From Gemmatimonadota bacterium (GTDB lineage Bacteria > Gemmatimonadota > Gemmatimonadetes > Gemmatimonadales > GWC2-71-9), in contig JBBIUN010000006.1 in the NCBI GenBank assembly GCA_037440225.1, positions 37,126-101,125 on the forward strand: 64,000 nt of DNA. Direction: 5' to 3'. The position numbers and the translations under genes are program-made. Positions 1-9,562 of this stretch are shown here, one piece after another. The notes beneath the pieces are model-generated. The model was not told the origin of the DNA and did not search any database. It was given only the letters and a program-made list of their open reading frames with translations. The number at the start of each line of letters is the position of its first letter. Within the stretch, counting starts at the first letter, position 1.

Positions 1-1314
1 CGTCAGCACCGTGTGGGTCAGCGGCACGTTCACCTTCAGGCGCTGGTTGATCTTGTAGCGCCCCACCCGCCCCAGGTCGTAGCGCTTGGGATTGAAGAAC
101 AACCGCTCCAGGGCCGCCCGCGCGGTCTCCAGGTTGGGCGCCTCGCCCGGCCTGAGCAGGGCGTAGATCTGCTCCAGCGCCTCGGCTTCCGACGCCGTGG
201 GGTCCTTGGCCAGGGTGTTCTTGATGAGGTGCGACTCCCCCCGCGCCGAGGTCACCAGCACGTCCACCTTGAAGACGCCCGCCTTGAGCAGCTTCTTCTT
301 TTCCGCCTCGCCCAGCCCGCGGCCTGCCTCCAGCAGGATCTCCCCGGTCTCCGGGTTGGGCACGTCGAACGCCAAGACCGGCAGCTCTTCGCGCTCCCGC
401 ACCGTGACCGGCCGGTCTTCCTCGCGGAGGTCCAGCGTGGTGTAGCGAGCATACACCCGCACTGCCTTGACCCCGGCCCGGCGCAGGGCGTTGTACCGCT
501 CCACCGACAGCTCGTCGCCCTCCCGCGCCAAGGGCTCGCTCTCCGGCGCCTCGGGGTTGGGCACCGGCTCGGCGATGAGCTGCCCGATCACCTCCCGCCG
601 GAGTTCCCGCTCGTCGAACTTCGCGGTGAGATCCAGCGTCTTGGTGGCGTAGAACAACCGCAGAATGTCATTGTTGGTGCCGTAGCCGAACGCCCGCAGC
701 AAGGCCGTGGCCGGAAACTTCTTCTTCTTGTCAATGTGCACGTAGATGACGTCGTGGATGTCCACCGTAAACTCCACCCACGACCCGCGGAACGGGATGA
801 TCCGGGCGCTGTACAGCCGCTGCCCGTTGGGGTGCACCGTTTCCTCGAACACCACTCCCGGCGAGCGGTGCAGCTGCGAGACCACCACCCGCTCGGCGCC
901 GTTGATCACAAAGGTGCCCAGGGGGGTCAAGATCGGCAGCTCCCCCAGGTACACTTCCTTCTCGATGATGTTCTTGGGCCGCCTGCCGCCGCCTTCCAGC
1001 GCCTCCATCACCACCAACCGGAGCGTGGCCTTGAGCGGGGCGGAATAGGTCATGTCCCGCTCGATACACTCTTCCACCGTGTACTTGGGCTCCCCGACCG
1101 CGTACTTCACGAACTCCAACGAGTAGTTCCCGTTGACGTCGGTGATGGGGAACACCTCGCGGAAGACCCGCTCCAGGCTGATGTCGGCCCGCCCCCCCTC
1201 GCCGTCCGGGGACAAGAGCGCGCTGAACGACCGGGTCTGGACGTCCAGCAGGTGCGGCATGGGCATGACCGAGGGCAGCTTCCCAAACGAGATCACCGGC
1301 AGCGTCTTAGCCAT
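1..1314 (-). CDS. rpoB: DNA-directed RNA polymerase beta subunit, N-terminal 438 codons (gene continues beyond window start)
   Basis: Not listed in the ORF track because it is open at the window edge. My minus-strand translation from ATG 1314-1312 reads MAKTLPVISFGKLPSVMPMPHLLDVQTRSF...FPITDVNGNYSLEFVKY...ECIERDMTYSAPLKATLRLV. The codons at 60-1 read RYKINQRLKVNVPLTHTVLT. It follows rplL as in the conserved rplKAJL-rpoBC order. Confidence 0.9.
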   Translation of the reverse strand, partial: MAKTLPVISFGKLPSVMPMPHLLDVQTRSFSALLSPDGEGGRADISLERVFREVFPITDVNGNYSLEFVKYAVGEPKYTVEECIERDMTYSAPLKATLRLVVMEALEGGGRRPKNIIEKEVYLGELPILTPLGTFVINGAERVVVSQLHRSPGVVFEETVHPNGQRLYSARIIPFRGSWVEFTVDIHDVIYVHIDKKKKFPATALLRAFGYGTNNDILRLFYATKTLDLTAKFDERELRREVIGQLIAEPVPNPEAPESEPLAREGDELSVERYNALRRAGVKAVRVYARYTTLDLREEDRPVTVREREELPVLAFDVPNPETGEILLEAGRGLGEAEKKKLLKAGVFKVDVLVTSARGESHLIKNTLAKDPTASEAEALEQIYALLRPGEAPNLETARAALERLFFNPKRYDLGRVGRYKINQRLKVNVPLTHTVLT

Positions 1315-1438
1315 TCAGGACCTCACCCAGCACAAAGGGCCCCGCACCCGACTCCGTCCGCGTGCCGCACGGGAGTCAGTCGGGGCTCGCCAACCAACGC
1401 GTTGTCGCAAACCAGAAGCCAATCCGTCGCCCTTGACC

Positions 1439-1831
1439 CTACTTCAGCTCCACCGTGGCGCCTTGTTCTTCGAGCTTCTTCTTGATGGCCTCGGCTTCCT
1501 GCTTCGAGACGCCTTCCTTCACCGTCCCCGGCGCGTTGTCCACCAGGTCCTTGGCCTCCTTGAGCCCCAGCGAGGTCACCTCGCGAACCGCCTTGATGAC
1601 CTGGATCTTCTTGGGGCCCGCGTCCTTGAGCACCACGGTGAATTCCGTCTGCTCCTCCGCCGCCGCTTGGGCCTCGGCCGCGCCCGCCGCCGCCGGGGCC
1701 GCTGCCACCGGCGCGGTAATGGTCACATTGAACCGCTGCTTGAACGCCTCGATCAGCTCCGCCAGCTCGAACACCGACATGTTGCCGATCGCTTCCAGAA
1801 TCTCGTCTTTGCTCAAGGTCTGCGTTGCCAT
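1439..1831 (-). CDS. rplL: 50S ribosomal protein L7/L12
   Basis: 130 aa: [30 protein letters not shown], an Ala/Pro hinge, and a C-terminal domain ...[10 protein letters not shown]...[14 protein letters not shown]. Confidence 0.95.
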   Translation of the reverse strand: MATQTLSKDEILEAIGNMSVFELAELIEAFKQRFNVTITAPVAAAPAAAGAAEAQAAAEEQTEFTVVLKDAGPKKIQVIKAVREVTSLGLKEAKDLVDNAPGTVKEGVSKQEAEAIKKKLEEQGATVELK

Positions 1832-1857
1832 GCGTTGCTCTCTCTCGGAAACCGGGG

Positions 1858-2382
1858 TTAGGCAGCGTCACCGCGCTGCGCGCGAAGCGCCTCCAGGGCG
1901 CCCACCAACTGATACAACAGACCGTTCAACACGCCCACCAGGCCCGCCAGCGGCGCCTGCAAGGCGCCGGCCATCTGGCCCAGCAGCTCGGGCCGGGAGG
2001 GCAAATGGGCCAGCCGCTTGACGTCCTCCGGGCTCACCCGCCGGCCCTCCACCAGCCCCGCCTTCAGTGCCGGCCGCTCGAACTCCTTCTGGAACTCCGC
2101 CAGCACCTTGGCCGCCGCCACCGGGTCCTCATGGACGAACACCAGCCCGGTGGGCCCCCGGAAGACGTCTTCCAATCCACCTTTGGACGCCGCCTGGAGC
2201 GCCCGCAGCGCCAAGGTGTTCTTCACCACCACGTACTCGCCGCCCGCTCGACGGAGCCGGCGCCTCAGCTCCGTCATGTTCTTGACCTTCAGCCCGGTGA
2301 AGTCCGTCACGTAGACCGTCCCGGCCCGGCTGAGCCGCTCCGCCAGGCCGGTCACCACGCTCGCTTTTTGGCCCCGGTTCAT
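1858..2382 (-). CDS. rplJ: 50S ribosomal protein L10
   Basis: 174 aa starting [33 protein letters not shown] (L10 family). It sits between rplA and rplL. Its start overlaps the rplA stop (ATGA at 2379-2382). Confidence 0.93.
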   Translation of the reverse strand: MNRGQKASVVTGLAERLSRAGTVYVTDFTGLKVKNMTELRRRLRRAGGEYVVVKNTLALRALQAASKGGLEDVFRGPTGLVFVHEDPVAAAKVLAEFQKEFERPALKAGLVEGRRVSPEDVKRLAHLPSRPELLGQMAGALQAPLAGLVGVLNGLLYQLVGALEALRAQRGDAA

Positions 2383-3068
2383 CGGTACACCGCCACGTCC
2401 ACGGGAACGCCAGGGCCCATGGTGCTCGAAACCGTCACCGAGCGCAGGTAGCCGCCTTTGGCCGCCGCCGGCCGGGCCCGCACGACCGCGTCCATGAACG
2501 CTCCCAAGTTCTCGGCCAACTGGTCCACGGTGAACGACACCTTGCCGATGGGGGCATGCAGGTTGCCCGTCTTGTCCACCCGGAACTCGATCTTGCCCGC
2601 CTTGGCATCGCGTACCGCTTTGGCGACGTCCATGGTCACCGTGCCCGATTTGGGATTGGGCATCAGTCCCCGGGGACCGAGGATCCTGCCCAACGGACCC
2701 ACCTGCCCCATCAGGTCCGGGGTCGCGATGATCACGTCGCAGTCCAGCCAGCCGTCCTTGATGCGCTGGATGAACTCCGGCCCCACGTAATCCGCCCCCG
2801 CGGCTTGCGCCTCTTTGGCCTTGTCGCCCTGCGCCAGCACCAGCACCCGCACCTTGCGGCCGGTGCCGTGGGGCAACACCACCGTGCCGCGCACGATCTG
2901 ATCCGCGTGGCGAGGATCCACCGACAGCCGGACCGCCACGTCCACCGTCTCGTCGAACTTGGCGAAGGCCGCCTGCTTGACCGCCTCGACCGCCTCCCGC
3001 GGCGCGTAGGGCCGGTCCCGGCGGATCTTGGCCGCGGCCGCCCGGAATCGCTTGCCCGCGGTGCTCAT
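2379..3068 (-). CDS. rplA: 50S ribosomal protein L1
   Basis: 229 aa with ...[34 protein letters not shown]...[31 protein letters not shown], typical of L1. Confidence 0.95.
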   Translation of the reverse strand: MSTAGKRFRAAAAKIRRDRPYAPREAVEAVKQAAFAKFDETVDVAVRLSVDPRHADQIVRGTVVLPHGTGRKVRVLVLAQGDKAKEAQAAGADYVGPEFIQRIKDGWLDCDVIIATPDLMGQVGPLGRILGPRGLMPNPKSGTVTMDVAKAVRDAKAGKIEFRVDKTGNLHAPIGKVSFTVDQLAENLGAFMDAVVRARPAAAKGGYLRSVTVSSTMGPGVPVDVAVYR

Positions 3069-3502
3069 TCGTCCACGATCTCCACGCCCATCGAACGGGC
3101 CGTCCCCGCGATGATGGCCATGGCCGCCTCGAGATCGTTGGCGTTGATGTCCGGCATCTTGAGTTCCGCGATCCGCCGCAACTGCGCTCGGGTCACCTTG
3201 CCCACCTTGTCCCGATTGGGCGTGGCCGAGCCCTTTTCAATCCCGGCCTCCTTGCGGAGCAACACCGCCGCGGGCGGCGTCTTGGTGATGAACGTGAAGC
3301 TCCGATCGGCATAAATGGTCACTTCCGCCGGCACGATCATGCCCGCCTGGGCTTGCGTCCGGGCGTTGAACTGCTTGCAGAACTCCATGATGTTGATGCC
3401 GTGCGGCCCCAGCGCCGTCCCCACCGGCGGCGCGGGCGTTGCCTGTCCCGCCGTCACCTGCAGCTTGACGACGGCCTGAACCTTCTTCTTGGGTGCAGCC
3501 AC
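3065..3502 (-). CDS. rplK: 50S ribosomal protein L11
   Basis: 145 aa: ...[36 protein letters not shown]..., the L11 signature. 4-nt overlap with rplA. Confidence 0.95.
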   Translation of the reverse strand: MAAPKKKVQAVVKLQVTAGQATPAPPVGTALGPHGINIMEFCKQFNARTQAQAGMIVPAEVTIYADRSFTFITKTPPAAVLLRKEAGIEKGSATPNRDKVGKVTRAQLRRIAELKMPDINANDLEAAMAIIAGTARSMGVEIVDE

Positions 3503-3585
3503 GAAACCCTACCTCCTTGCGCTCAGCCCCCTGAGCTCCCACGTTGCGCCCCGTGGTCGGGCGACGCCGGCCCCACAGGCTCCGG

Positions 3586-4128
3586 CTAATGTGCCTTCAA
3601 CTGCAAATAATCCAGCTCCACGCTGGTCGGCCGGCCAAAGAGACTCACACTCACCCGCACCTTCCCCTTGTCCGGCAGCACTTCCTCGACCGTGCCGCTG
3701 AAGTCGCTGAACGGACCATCGGTGATCTCGACCACCTGGCCCACCAAGAACGGGATCTCCGGCTTGGCCTCCGGCTCCTCGACCGCTTCCTCGATGCCCA
3801 GCAGCCGATTGACCTCCTCCTGCCTGAGCGCCTGCGGCGTCCAGTCTTGCCCCACGAACTTGATCACGCCCTGGATATTGTTGATGATGTGCGCCGTCTC
3901 TTGGTTCATCACCATCTCCACCAGGACATAGCCGGGGAACACCTTGCGCTCCACCGTCACCTTCTTGCCGTTCTTGATCTCCACCACCTGCTGCGTCGGC
4001 ACCAACGCCTGCCGGATGAGCTTCTGCTCCGGCGGCGCGGGATCCTGCTGGATCCGGCGCTCGATCAACGAGCGGACCTTGTTCTCATGCCCCGCGGTGG
4101 TCTGAATGGCGTACCACTTGTGCTCCAT
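3586..4128 (-). CDS. nusG: Transcription termination/antitermination factor NusG
   Basis: Lies inside track ORF 3586..4479. The credible start at ATG 4128 gives 180 aa, MEHKWYAIQTTAGHENKV... (NGN domain), with KOW motif VGQVVEITDGPFSDFSGTVEEV. Confidence 0.93.
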   Translation of the reverse strand: MEHKWYAIQTTAGHENKVRSLIERRIQQDPAPPEQKLIRQALVPTQQVVEIKNGKKVTVERKVFPGYVLVEMVMNQETAHIINNIQGVIKFVGQDWTPQALRQEEVNRLLGIEEAVEEPEAKPEIPFLVGQVVEITDGPFSDFSGTVEEVLPDKGKVRVSVSLFGRPTSVELDYLQLKAH

Positions 4129-4139
4129 CGCCGTCCCAA

Positions 4140-4421
4140 TCACGCGAACAACCGCGCCGGCAAGCTCACCAGCAAGAGCGAGAACACCCAGTCCATGAGC
4201 GCGATCACCAACCCCAAGATCACCACGAAAATGAGGATCACCACGGTGGACTTCTGGAGCTCGTCCCGGCTGGGCCAGGTCACCTTGCGCACCTCCGCGC
4301 GGACCTCGCCCAAGTAGCGCACCACCCGTCCCGTGGCCGCCCCGACCGGCTGCCGCCACCGCACCAGCGCCGCCACCCCCACCAGCGTGAGACCCACCCC
4401 GATCGCCAGCGCCAGCGTCAC
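4140..4421 (-). CDS. secE: Preprotein translocase subunit SecE
   Basis: 93 aa with a GTG start. ...EVRKVTWPSRDELQKSTVVILIFVVILGLVIALMDWVF is the SecE C-terminal TM signature. It occupies the conserved position between rpmG and nusG. Confidence 0.82.
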   Translation of the reverse strand: MTLALAIGVGLTLVGVAALVRWRQPVGAATGRVVRYLGEVRAEVRKVTWPSRDELQKSTVVILIFVVILGLVIALMDWVFSLLLVSLPARLFA

Positions 4422-4574
4422 CTACTTCGACTCCTTGTGCACCGTGTGCTTGCCGCAGCGAGGACAAAACTTCCTCCACTCGGCGCGCTCCGGATGCTTC
4501 CGCCGGTTCTTGGTGGTGAAGTAGTTCCGACTTTTACAGTCGGTGCATTCCATGATGATATTCTCGCGAGCCAT
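4422..4574 (-). CDS. rpmG: 50S ribosomal protein L33
   Basis: Below the ORF-track size cutoff. My translation is [50 protein letters not shown] (50 aa, CxxC...CxxC zinc ribbon). Its stop abuts the secE start. Confidence 0.85.
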   Translation of the reverse strand: MARENIIMECTDCKSRNYFTTKNRRKHPERAEWRKFCPRCGKHTVHKESK

Positions 4575-4664
4575 GCTGACCCGTCATCCCTGGTCCAATA
4601 CCTGCCGTCGCCGCCCGAAGCCGCCTGCCCCCGCCCGCTTCGCCCCCTTCCCAACCTGCTACCA

Positions 4665-4737
<73 letters not shown>

Positions 4738-4742
4738 GGCAA

Positions 4743-4815
4743 AGCGGGCGACGGGACTCGAACCCGCGACCCTCAGCTTGGAAGGCTGATGCTCTACCAA
4801 CTGAGCTACACCCGC
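4743..4815 (-). tRNA. tRNA-Gly (anticodon TCC)
   Basis: Minus-strand cloverleaf of 73 nt. Acceptor GCGGGTG/CGCCCGC, D arm GCTC-AGTTGGTA-GAGC, anticodon arm TCAGC-CTTCCAA-GCTGA, T loop TTCGAGT. Confidence 0.9.
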
Positions 4816-4851
4816 GGAGACCCCGTTTCACCGGCTCGACCGGCCACTCCA

Positions 4852-4934
4852 TGGTGGGGGAAGGATTCGAACCTTCGTAGGCTAACGCCGGCAGATTTAC
4901 AGTCTGCTCCCTTTGACCGCTCGGGCACCCCACC
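4852..4934 (-). tRNA. tRNA-Tyr (anticodon GTA), long variable arm
   Basis: Minus strand, about 83 nt. Acceptor GGTGGGG/CCCCACC, anticodon arm GCAGA-CTGTAAA-TCTGC, long variable arm CGGCGTTAGCCTAC, T arm GAAGG-TTCGAAT-CCTTC. Confidence 0.88.
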
Positions 4935-5021
4935 GTTGCCCGCGCCGCTGCCGCCGGATGGGACCACCCCTCCTAGCCCCACGCCGTCCGTCCCACAAGC
5001 GCGCTCCCGCCCGGGTTACGG

Positions 5022-5094
5022 AGCTGACGAAGGGACTCGAACCCTTAACCTGCTGATTACAAATCAGCTGCTCTACCAGTTGAGCTACGTCAGC
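5022..5094 (-). tRNA. tRNA-Thr (anticodon TGT)
   Basis: Minus strand, 73 nt. Acceptor GCTGACG/CGTCAGC, D arm GCTC-AACTGGTA-GAGC, anticodon arm GCTGA-TTTGTAA-TCAGC, T arm AAGGG-TTCGAGT-CCCTT. Confidence 0.9.
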
Positions 5095-5186
5095 GCAAAG
5101 CCCGTTTTGCGCAGACTTTCATGTTAGCCGGGCTCCGCCGCTAGGTCAACGGGTAAGCCCCCCAACCCCCGCCGAGCCCACCACCC

Positions 5187-6617
5187 TCAGCCCCGCTTCT
5201 TCCACCGCGTGCCGGCGGGCGTGTCCTCCAGCTCCACGCCCCGGGCCACGACCTCGGCACGTATGGCGTCGGCCCGGGCGAAATCCCGCGCCCGCCGGGC
5301 TGCTTCCCGCTCCCGTATCCGTTCCTCGACCCAGACCCTCAACTCGGCGTCCACTCCCCCTGCCGAAGGCAAAAGATCCAGGGTCGCCATCACCCGGTCG
5401 AACACCGCCAGCGCGCCGGCCGCCCCGCCGCCCGCCAGGCGCCCGGCATCCAGTTCCCGATTCACGCTTCGCACAAACGTGAATACCGCCGCCACCGCCT
5501 TCGGCACGTTCAGATCATCGTCCATGCTCCGGCGGAACTCGGCCTCCAACTGCTGAGCCCCCGGCCCCGGCGGGCTCGAGGGATCCGAGGTGCCCGCGGC
5601 CGCGGCAACCAACCGCTCCCGGAACTCGCCCAGCCGCCGCACCCCCTCGGCTGAGGCGGCCAGGGCCTCGTCCGTGAAGTTGAGCTGCTGCCGGTAATGG
5701 GTAGAGCACACCAGCAGGCGAAACGCGGCCGGGTCCACACCTTCAACCCGTAAATCCCTCACCGTCAAGATGTTACCATAACGCTTGGACATCTTGGTTC
5801 CCTGCAACAGCAAATGCTCCCCGTGCACCCAAAACCGGGCAAACGGCTCGCCGGTCGCCCCTTCGGATTGCGCGATCTCGTTTTCGTGATGGGGGAAGAT
5901 CAGGTCCACTCCCCCGGCGTGCAGGTCCAGGGTCCGGACCCCAAAGGGGGCAATCGCTTGCAACGCCATCGCCGAGCATTCGAGGTGCCAGCCCGGGCGG
6001 CCGCGGCCAAAGGGGGCGTCCCAGGCGGCAGCCGCCTGTTCGTCTATGGGTTCGGCGAACTTCCAGAGGGCAAAGTCCCGCGCATCCTCCTTGGCATACT
6101 CGTCGCTCGACACCCTAGCCCCCGCCCTCAGTTCCCGGCGCTCCACCTGGGAGAGCCGCCCGTAGGCGGGGAAGCGCCCGATGGCAAAATACACCCCATC
6201 TTCGCCCCGGTAGGCCAGGCCCCGCTCGAGCAAGCGCGACACCAACTCGACCATGGGGCCTATGGACTCCGTCGCCCGGGGATAGACGTGGGCCGGCTTG
6301 ATGCGCAGGTAGTCCCGGTCTTCGAAGAACGCCCGCACGAAGGGCTCAGTGTGCTGGGCCAAGGGAACCCCGGCCTTGGCGGCGGCCGCGATGGTCCGGT
6401 CGTCCACGTCGGTCAGGTTCATGATGTGGAAGACCTCGTACCCCAGCCACTCGAGGTACCGGCGCAGCAGGTCTTCGAACACGAAGGTGCGGAAGTTGCC
6501 GATGTGGGCGTAGTTGTACACCGTGGGCCCGCAGGTGTACATGGTCACCCGCGGCGGGGCGAGCGGCACAAAAGGCTCCACCCGCCGGGTCAAGGTGTTG
6601 TACAGCGCAAGACTCAT
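5187..6617 (-). CDS. cysS: Cysteine--tRNA ligase
   Basis: 476 aa with the class I HIGH motif (NYAHIGNFR) and KMSKR motif, and CysRS-type N-terminus MSLALYNTLTRRVEPF. Confidence 0.95.
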   Translation of the reverse strand: MSLALYNTLTRRVEPFVPLAPPRVTMYTCGPTVYNYAHIGNFRTFVFEDLLRRYLEWLGYEVFHIMNLTDVDDRTIAAAAKAGVPLAQHTEPFVRAFFEDRDYLRIKPAHVYPRATESIGPMVELVSRLLERGLAYRGEDGVYFAIGRFPAYGRLSQVERRELRAGARVSSDEYAKEDARDFALWKFAEPIDEQAAAAWDAPFGRGRPGWHLECSAMALQAIAPFGVRTLDLHAGGVDLIFPHHENEIAQSEGATGEPFARFWVHGEHLLLQGTKMSKRYGNILTVRDLRVEGVDPAAFRLLVCSTHYRQQLNFTDEALAASAEGVRRLGEFRERLVAAAAGTSDPSSPPGPGAQQLEAEFRRSMDDDLNVPKAVAAVFTFVRSVNRELDAGRLAGGGAAGALAVFDRVMATLDLLPSAGGVDAELRVWVEERIREREAARRARDFARADAIRAEVVARGVELEDTPAGTRWKKRG

Positions 6618-7561
6618 CGGGTTGACGCCGAGGGCTCCTCGCTCCGGGCGCCCATGAGGGCGAGCAGGGCAGAATCTGCCAGGTGCAAGGTGCGCTGCGG
6701 GAAGGGAATTTCAATGCCGTCTTGATCGAACCGGTTCTTGAGCCGCCGCCTCAGTTCGCGTTCCACCTCCCATTGTTTGCCCGGCCGCACCGTGGCCACA
6801 ATCCGGATATTGACCGAACTGTCGGCCAGTTGCTCCACGCCCCAGACGGCGGGTTCCTCCAGCAGCCGATCCTTCCAGCCCGCATCGCGCCAGAACTCGG
6901 ATGCCACCTCCCGCATGACGTGGATGACCTTGTCCACGTTTTCCCGGTAGGCCACTCCCACGTCCACCACCGCACGGGCCCAACCCCGCGTCTTGTTGGA
7001 CACCATGGCAATCGAGCCGTTGGGGATGATGTGCAGCACGCCGCGGACGTCGCGCAGCATCACGACCCGCATCGTCAGGCGCTCGACCACCCCGCTTGCG
7101 CCGTTGATCTCCACCACGTCACCCACGCCAAACTGGTTCTCGAACAGGATGAAGAACCCGGCGATGACGTCCTTCACCAAGCTTTGAGCCCCGAACGAGA
7201 TGGCCAGTCCGGCCACCCCCACACCCGCCAGCAGGGGACCGATCTCGATGAAGAGATTGAGAATGGTGAGTCCAGCCCCGATGCCGATGGCGACGGCCCC
7301 CACGCTGTTGAGCAACTGCGCCAGCGTCCGGCCCCGTTGCTCCCGCTCGGTGAGCGTATTGGGATCGCCATCGTCCACGGCGCGTTCGATCCGTTGGGTG
7401 AGGAGCTTGAGCAGCCGGTAGCCCCCGTACGCCAGCAGCAGAATCCCCAGCACCTGGACAGCCCGCTCGAGGAGCCGGGCCATATCGAGACCCAGGCGTT
7501 CCCCGAGCCGGCTCGCGGAGCTGTTGGTCTGGCTCAGGACCTCGGCAAACCAGAAACGCAT
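6614..7561 (-). CDS. Small-conductance mechanosensitive channel (MscS family)
   Basis: Track ORF 6614..7591 begins at a TTG; ATG 7561 gives MRFWFAEV.... It has TM helices followed by ...GDVVEINGASGVVERLTMRVVMLRDVRGVLHIIPNGS (MscS beta-domain pattern). Its stop overlaps the cysS start (ATGA). Confidence 0.85.
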   Translation of the reverse strand: MRFWFAEVLSQTNSSASRLGERLGLDMARLLERAVQVLGILLLAYGGYRLLKLLTQRIERAVDDGDPNTLTEREQRGRTLAQLLNSVGAVAIGIGAGLTILNLFIEIGPLLAGVGVAGLAISFGAQSLVKDVIAGFFILFENQFGVGDVVEINGASGVVERLTMRVVMLRDVRGVLHIIPNGSIAMVSNKTRGWARAVVDVGVAYRENVDKVIHVMREVASEFWRDAGWKDRLLEEPAVWGVEQLADSSVNIRIVATVRPGKQWEVERELRRRLKNRFDQDGIEIPFPQRTLHLADSALLALMGARSEEPSASTR

Positions 7562-7862
7562 GGATGAGGGCTCCAACCGCAGACAGGACAAGGGGTTCCG
7601 GCAGGAAACCTAGAACCCCCGGGCGCGAGCGTCAACGATGCAGAAGACCACCGTGCATGTCCCCGCGGCGCAGCCTGGCGTTTCTACGCCCCGGACGCGC
7701 TCAGGCTGCCGATGCAAGCCTCGGCGGGATGAGTGGCAGGTTCCTAATCTGGCCACCGGGGTTGTCATCGTGGCGGGCTGGCTCGAAGCAAGCCTCGAAA
7801 GAGCCACGTCGTTTTCGGCGCCGGTCGCGCAGGCGCTCCCGCTAAAGGCCGGGTCACCTGGC

Positions 7863-8669
7863 TCAGGGGCCTCCCAGGAGGAGGCTTGTCACCATAGGCC
7901 CCAGCCACCAGGTGAAAAAGGCGGCAAGCCCTAGGCAGCACACCGGTAGCGCGAGGTGCCAGGCTCGCCAGTGCCGGCCGTCCAGTTCGCGAAGGCCTAT
8001 GCTCCACAGCGCCAAGCTCCACAGGCTCACCAGGTTGAAGCGCTGATTGAAGGAGAGGAGCCAGGGGGGCGAGTCGCCTGCCGGCCAGAACAACAGGGGG
8101 CCGGTGGTGAACCGCTGCGGCAAGCCCACGGCGTCTCCGGGGTGGGGCCTCGGGCCGTAAGCGGCAAGGTAGGTCACGGCCAGTTCGCCCACCCGTTGGA
8201 TCAAGAGGGGGGTAACGCCGAGCAGCAGCACGGCCCAGACGGTGCGCCTTCGCTCTTCGGCTAGGGCCAGAATGGGTTCGGCGGCAAGGGCGAGGATCGC
8301 GGCGGCCAGGACGACGGTCGGGGGAGGGATCAAGCGATCGGCCAGGATGATGCGGAGCAGGCCATCCCTCAGCGCCGAGTAGTGCATGTCTTGCATCACG
8401 TCTCCCGTGGGGGCGAGCGAGGCGCTGAGCAGGGCAAGCTGGCGGGGGAGCGTGCTGGCCCCGGCGAGCACGATCAGCGCCAGGACGCCGGCGGTCCACG
8501 CCATGGGCCGGGGTCGCGCGATGGCCTGCCGCGCGGCCTGGGGCGGATCCACGAGTACCAGACCGAGCAGTTTCATGAGATGACGAGTTCCTCCCAGTGT
8601 GCTTGGTGGTGGCGGAGGCGGTGGTGGCGGCGGCGACGACGTCCTATCTCCCCGGGCGCCAGGGTTCAT
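7863..8669 (-). CDS. Polytopic membrane protein (YIP1-like topology) with an N-terminal run of 10 prolines
   Basis: This is the C-terminal part of track ORF 7863..9593. ATG 8669 overlaps the upstream ABC ATPase stop (ATGA) and gives MNPGARGDRTSSPPPPPPPPPPSTLGG.... An alternative start, ATG 8576 (MKLLGLVLVDPP...), has a GGGAGGA 12 nt upstream. About 5 hydrophobic helices follow. Confidence 0.55.
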   Translation of the reverse strand: MNPGARGDRTSSPPPPPPPPPPSTLGGTRHLMKLLGLVLVDPPQAARQAIARPRPMAWTAGVLALIVLAGASTLPRQLALLSASLAPTGDVMQDMHYSALRDGLLRIILADRLIPPPTVVLAAAILALAAEPILALAEERRRTVWAVLLLGVTPLLIQRVGELAVTYLAAYGPRPHPGDAVGLPQRFTTGPLLFWPAGDSPPWLLSFNQRFNLVSLWSLALWSIGLRELDGRHWRAWHLALPVCCLGLAAFFTWWLGPMVTSLLLGGP

Positions 8670-9562
8670 GGGATCAAGAGATCCTCCAGGGCCCGGTAAC
8701 GCACGCGCGTGGCCGCCACGGGTATGTGCTCGGCGCGGCAGGCAGCCAGGACTTCTTCCAGCGTGAGGCTGTGGATGAGCGGAATGGCGACGCCGTCTCC
8801 GGTGCGCTGGGCGCCGGGGTAGCGGGCCAGCAGCCACTCGATGCGGGCCAGCGCCAAGCCGTTGAGCGAAAGTTCCGCCACGCGCTCTCGGAGCAGCACG
8901 GCGGTGGATACATCGGAGACCACGCGGCCCCGCGAGAGCACCAACACGCGAGTGGCGAGCCGTTCCAAAGTGCCCAGGTCGTGGGAGGCGAGCAGCACGA
9001 CGCGCCCGCCTGCTGCGAAGGCGGCAATAGCGTTCCGCAGGACTTTGGCCACCAGGGGGTCCACTCCGGCGAGCACCTCGTCCAGCAGCAACACCCGCGC
9101 GGCGAGCAGCCCCGCGGCGCCGAGGGCCAGCCGCTGGGCCATGCCCCGGGAGTATTCCCCGATGCGCCGCCCCACGAACTCCTCCAGTTGGCCGAACTCG
9201 ATGGCCCAGCGCACGGCCGCCACCCGTTGGGGCGGGGTGGCCGCCCGGTGGCTGGCGAGATAGGTGAGCCATTCCACCCCGCTCAATTCCGGAGGTGCCA
9301 GGGGAGGATCGGTGGCGAAGCCCACCAGGCGGCGCGCTTCGGCGGTGCCCGCGCGCAGGCCGCCCACCAGCACGGTGCCGGCGGTGGGTTGCAGGTCTCC
9401 GGCCAGCAGGCGGAGCAGCGTGGTCTTCCCCGCCCCGTTGGGCCCCACGATGCCCACGATCTCGCCGGCCTTCGCTTGGAAGGTGCAGGAGTCCAGGGCC
9501 AGCCGCCGTCTCGACCCGGAGCCGTAGGCCCGGCTTGCCGCTTGGCACTCGATCAGGTTCAT
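8666..9562 (-). CDS. ABC transporter ATP-binding protein
   Basis: Lies inside track ORF 8666..10030; ATG 9562 gives 298 aa starting MNLIECQAASRAYG.... Walker A GPNGAGKTT, signature YSRGMAQRL, Walker B VLLLDE. Confidence 0.9.
   Translation of the reverse strand: MNLIECQAASRAYGSGSRRRLALDSCTFQAKAGEIVGIVGPNGAGKTTLLRLLAGDLQPTAGTVLVGGLRAGTAEARRLVGFATDPPLAPPELSGVEWLTYLASHRAATPPQRVAAVRWAIEFGQLEEFVGRRIGEYSRGMAQRLALGAAGLLAARVLLLDEVLAGVDPLVAKVLRNAIAAFAAGGRVVLLASHDLGTLERLATRVLVLSRGRVVSDVSTAVLLRERVAELSLNGLALARIEWLLARYPGAQRTGDGVAIPLIHSLTLEEVLAACRAEHIPVAATRVRYRALEDLLIP

Noticed and set aside
1315-1438. Possible attenuator hairpin in the rplL-rpoB spacer (CCGACT...AGTCGG arms around a GC-rich core)
   Set aside because: The pairing I could draw by hand is imperfect and interrupted by bulges, and no U-tract follows. 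I am not confident enough to annotate it.
13-1485. 490-aa plus-strand ORF at the window start
   Set aside because: It is antisense to the clearly recognisable rpoB N-terminus and rplL. The sequence is Arg/Gly/Pro/Leu-rich with no motifs. It is a typical shadow ORF in GC-rich DNA.
7592-7862. Possible riboswitch or sRNA in the 270-nt gap upstream of the MscS gene. The minus strand has GCCAGATTAGGAACCTGCCA, reminiscent of a cobalamin B12-box, preceded by CCCGCCACGATGA
   Set aside because: I could match only these two short pieces. The GGTG..AA..CC core and the conserved helices were not evident. An MscS channel would also be an odd B12-regulated gene. It needs an Infernal/Rfam scan before any claim.
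8604-8640. GGT/GGC-rich simple repeat considered as a possible repeat array
   Set aside because: It is a single 30-nt tract that reads as ten Pro codons in frame with the downstream membrane protein. There is no spacer-repeat periodicity, so it is not CRISPR-like.
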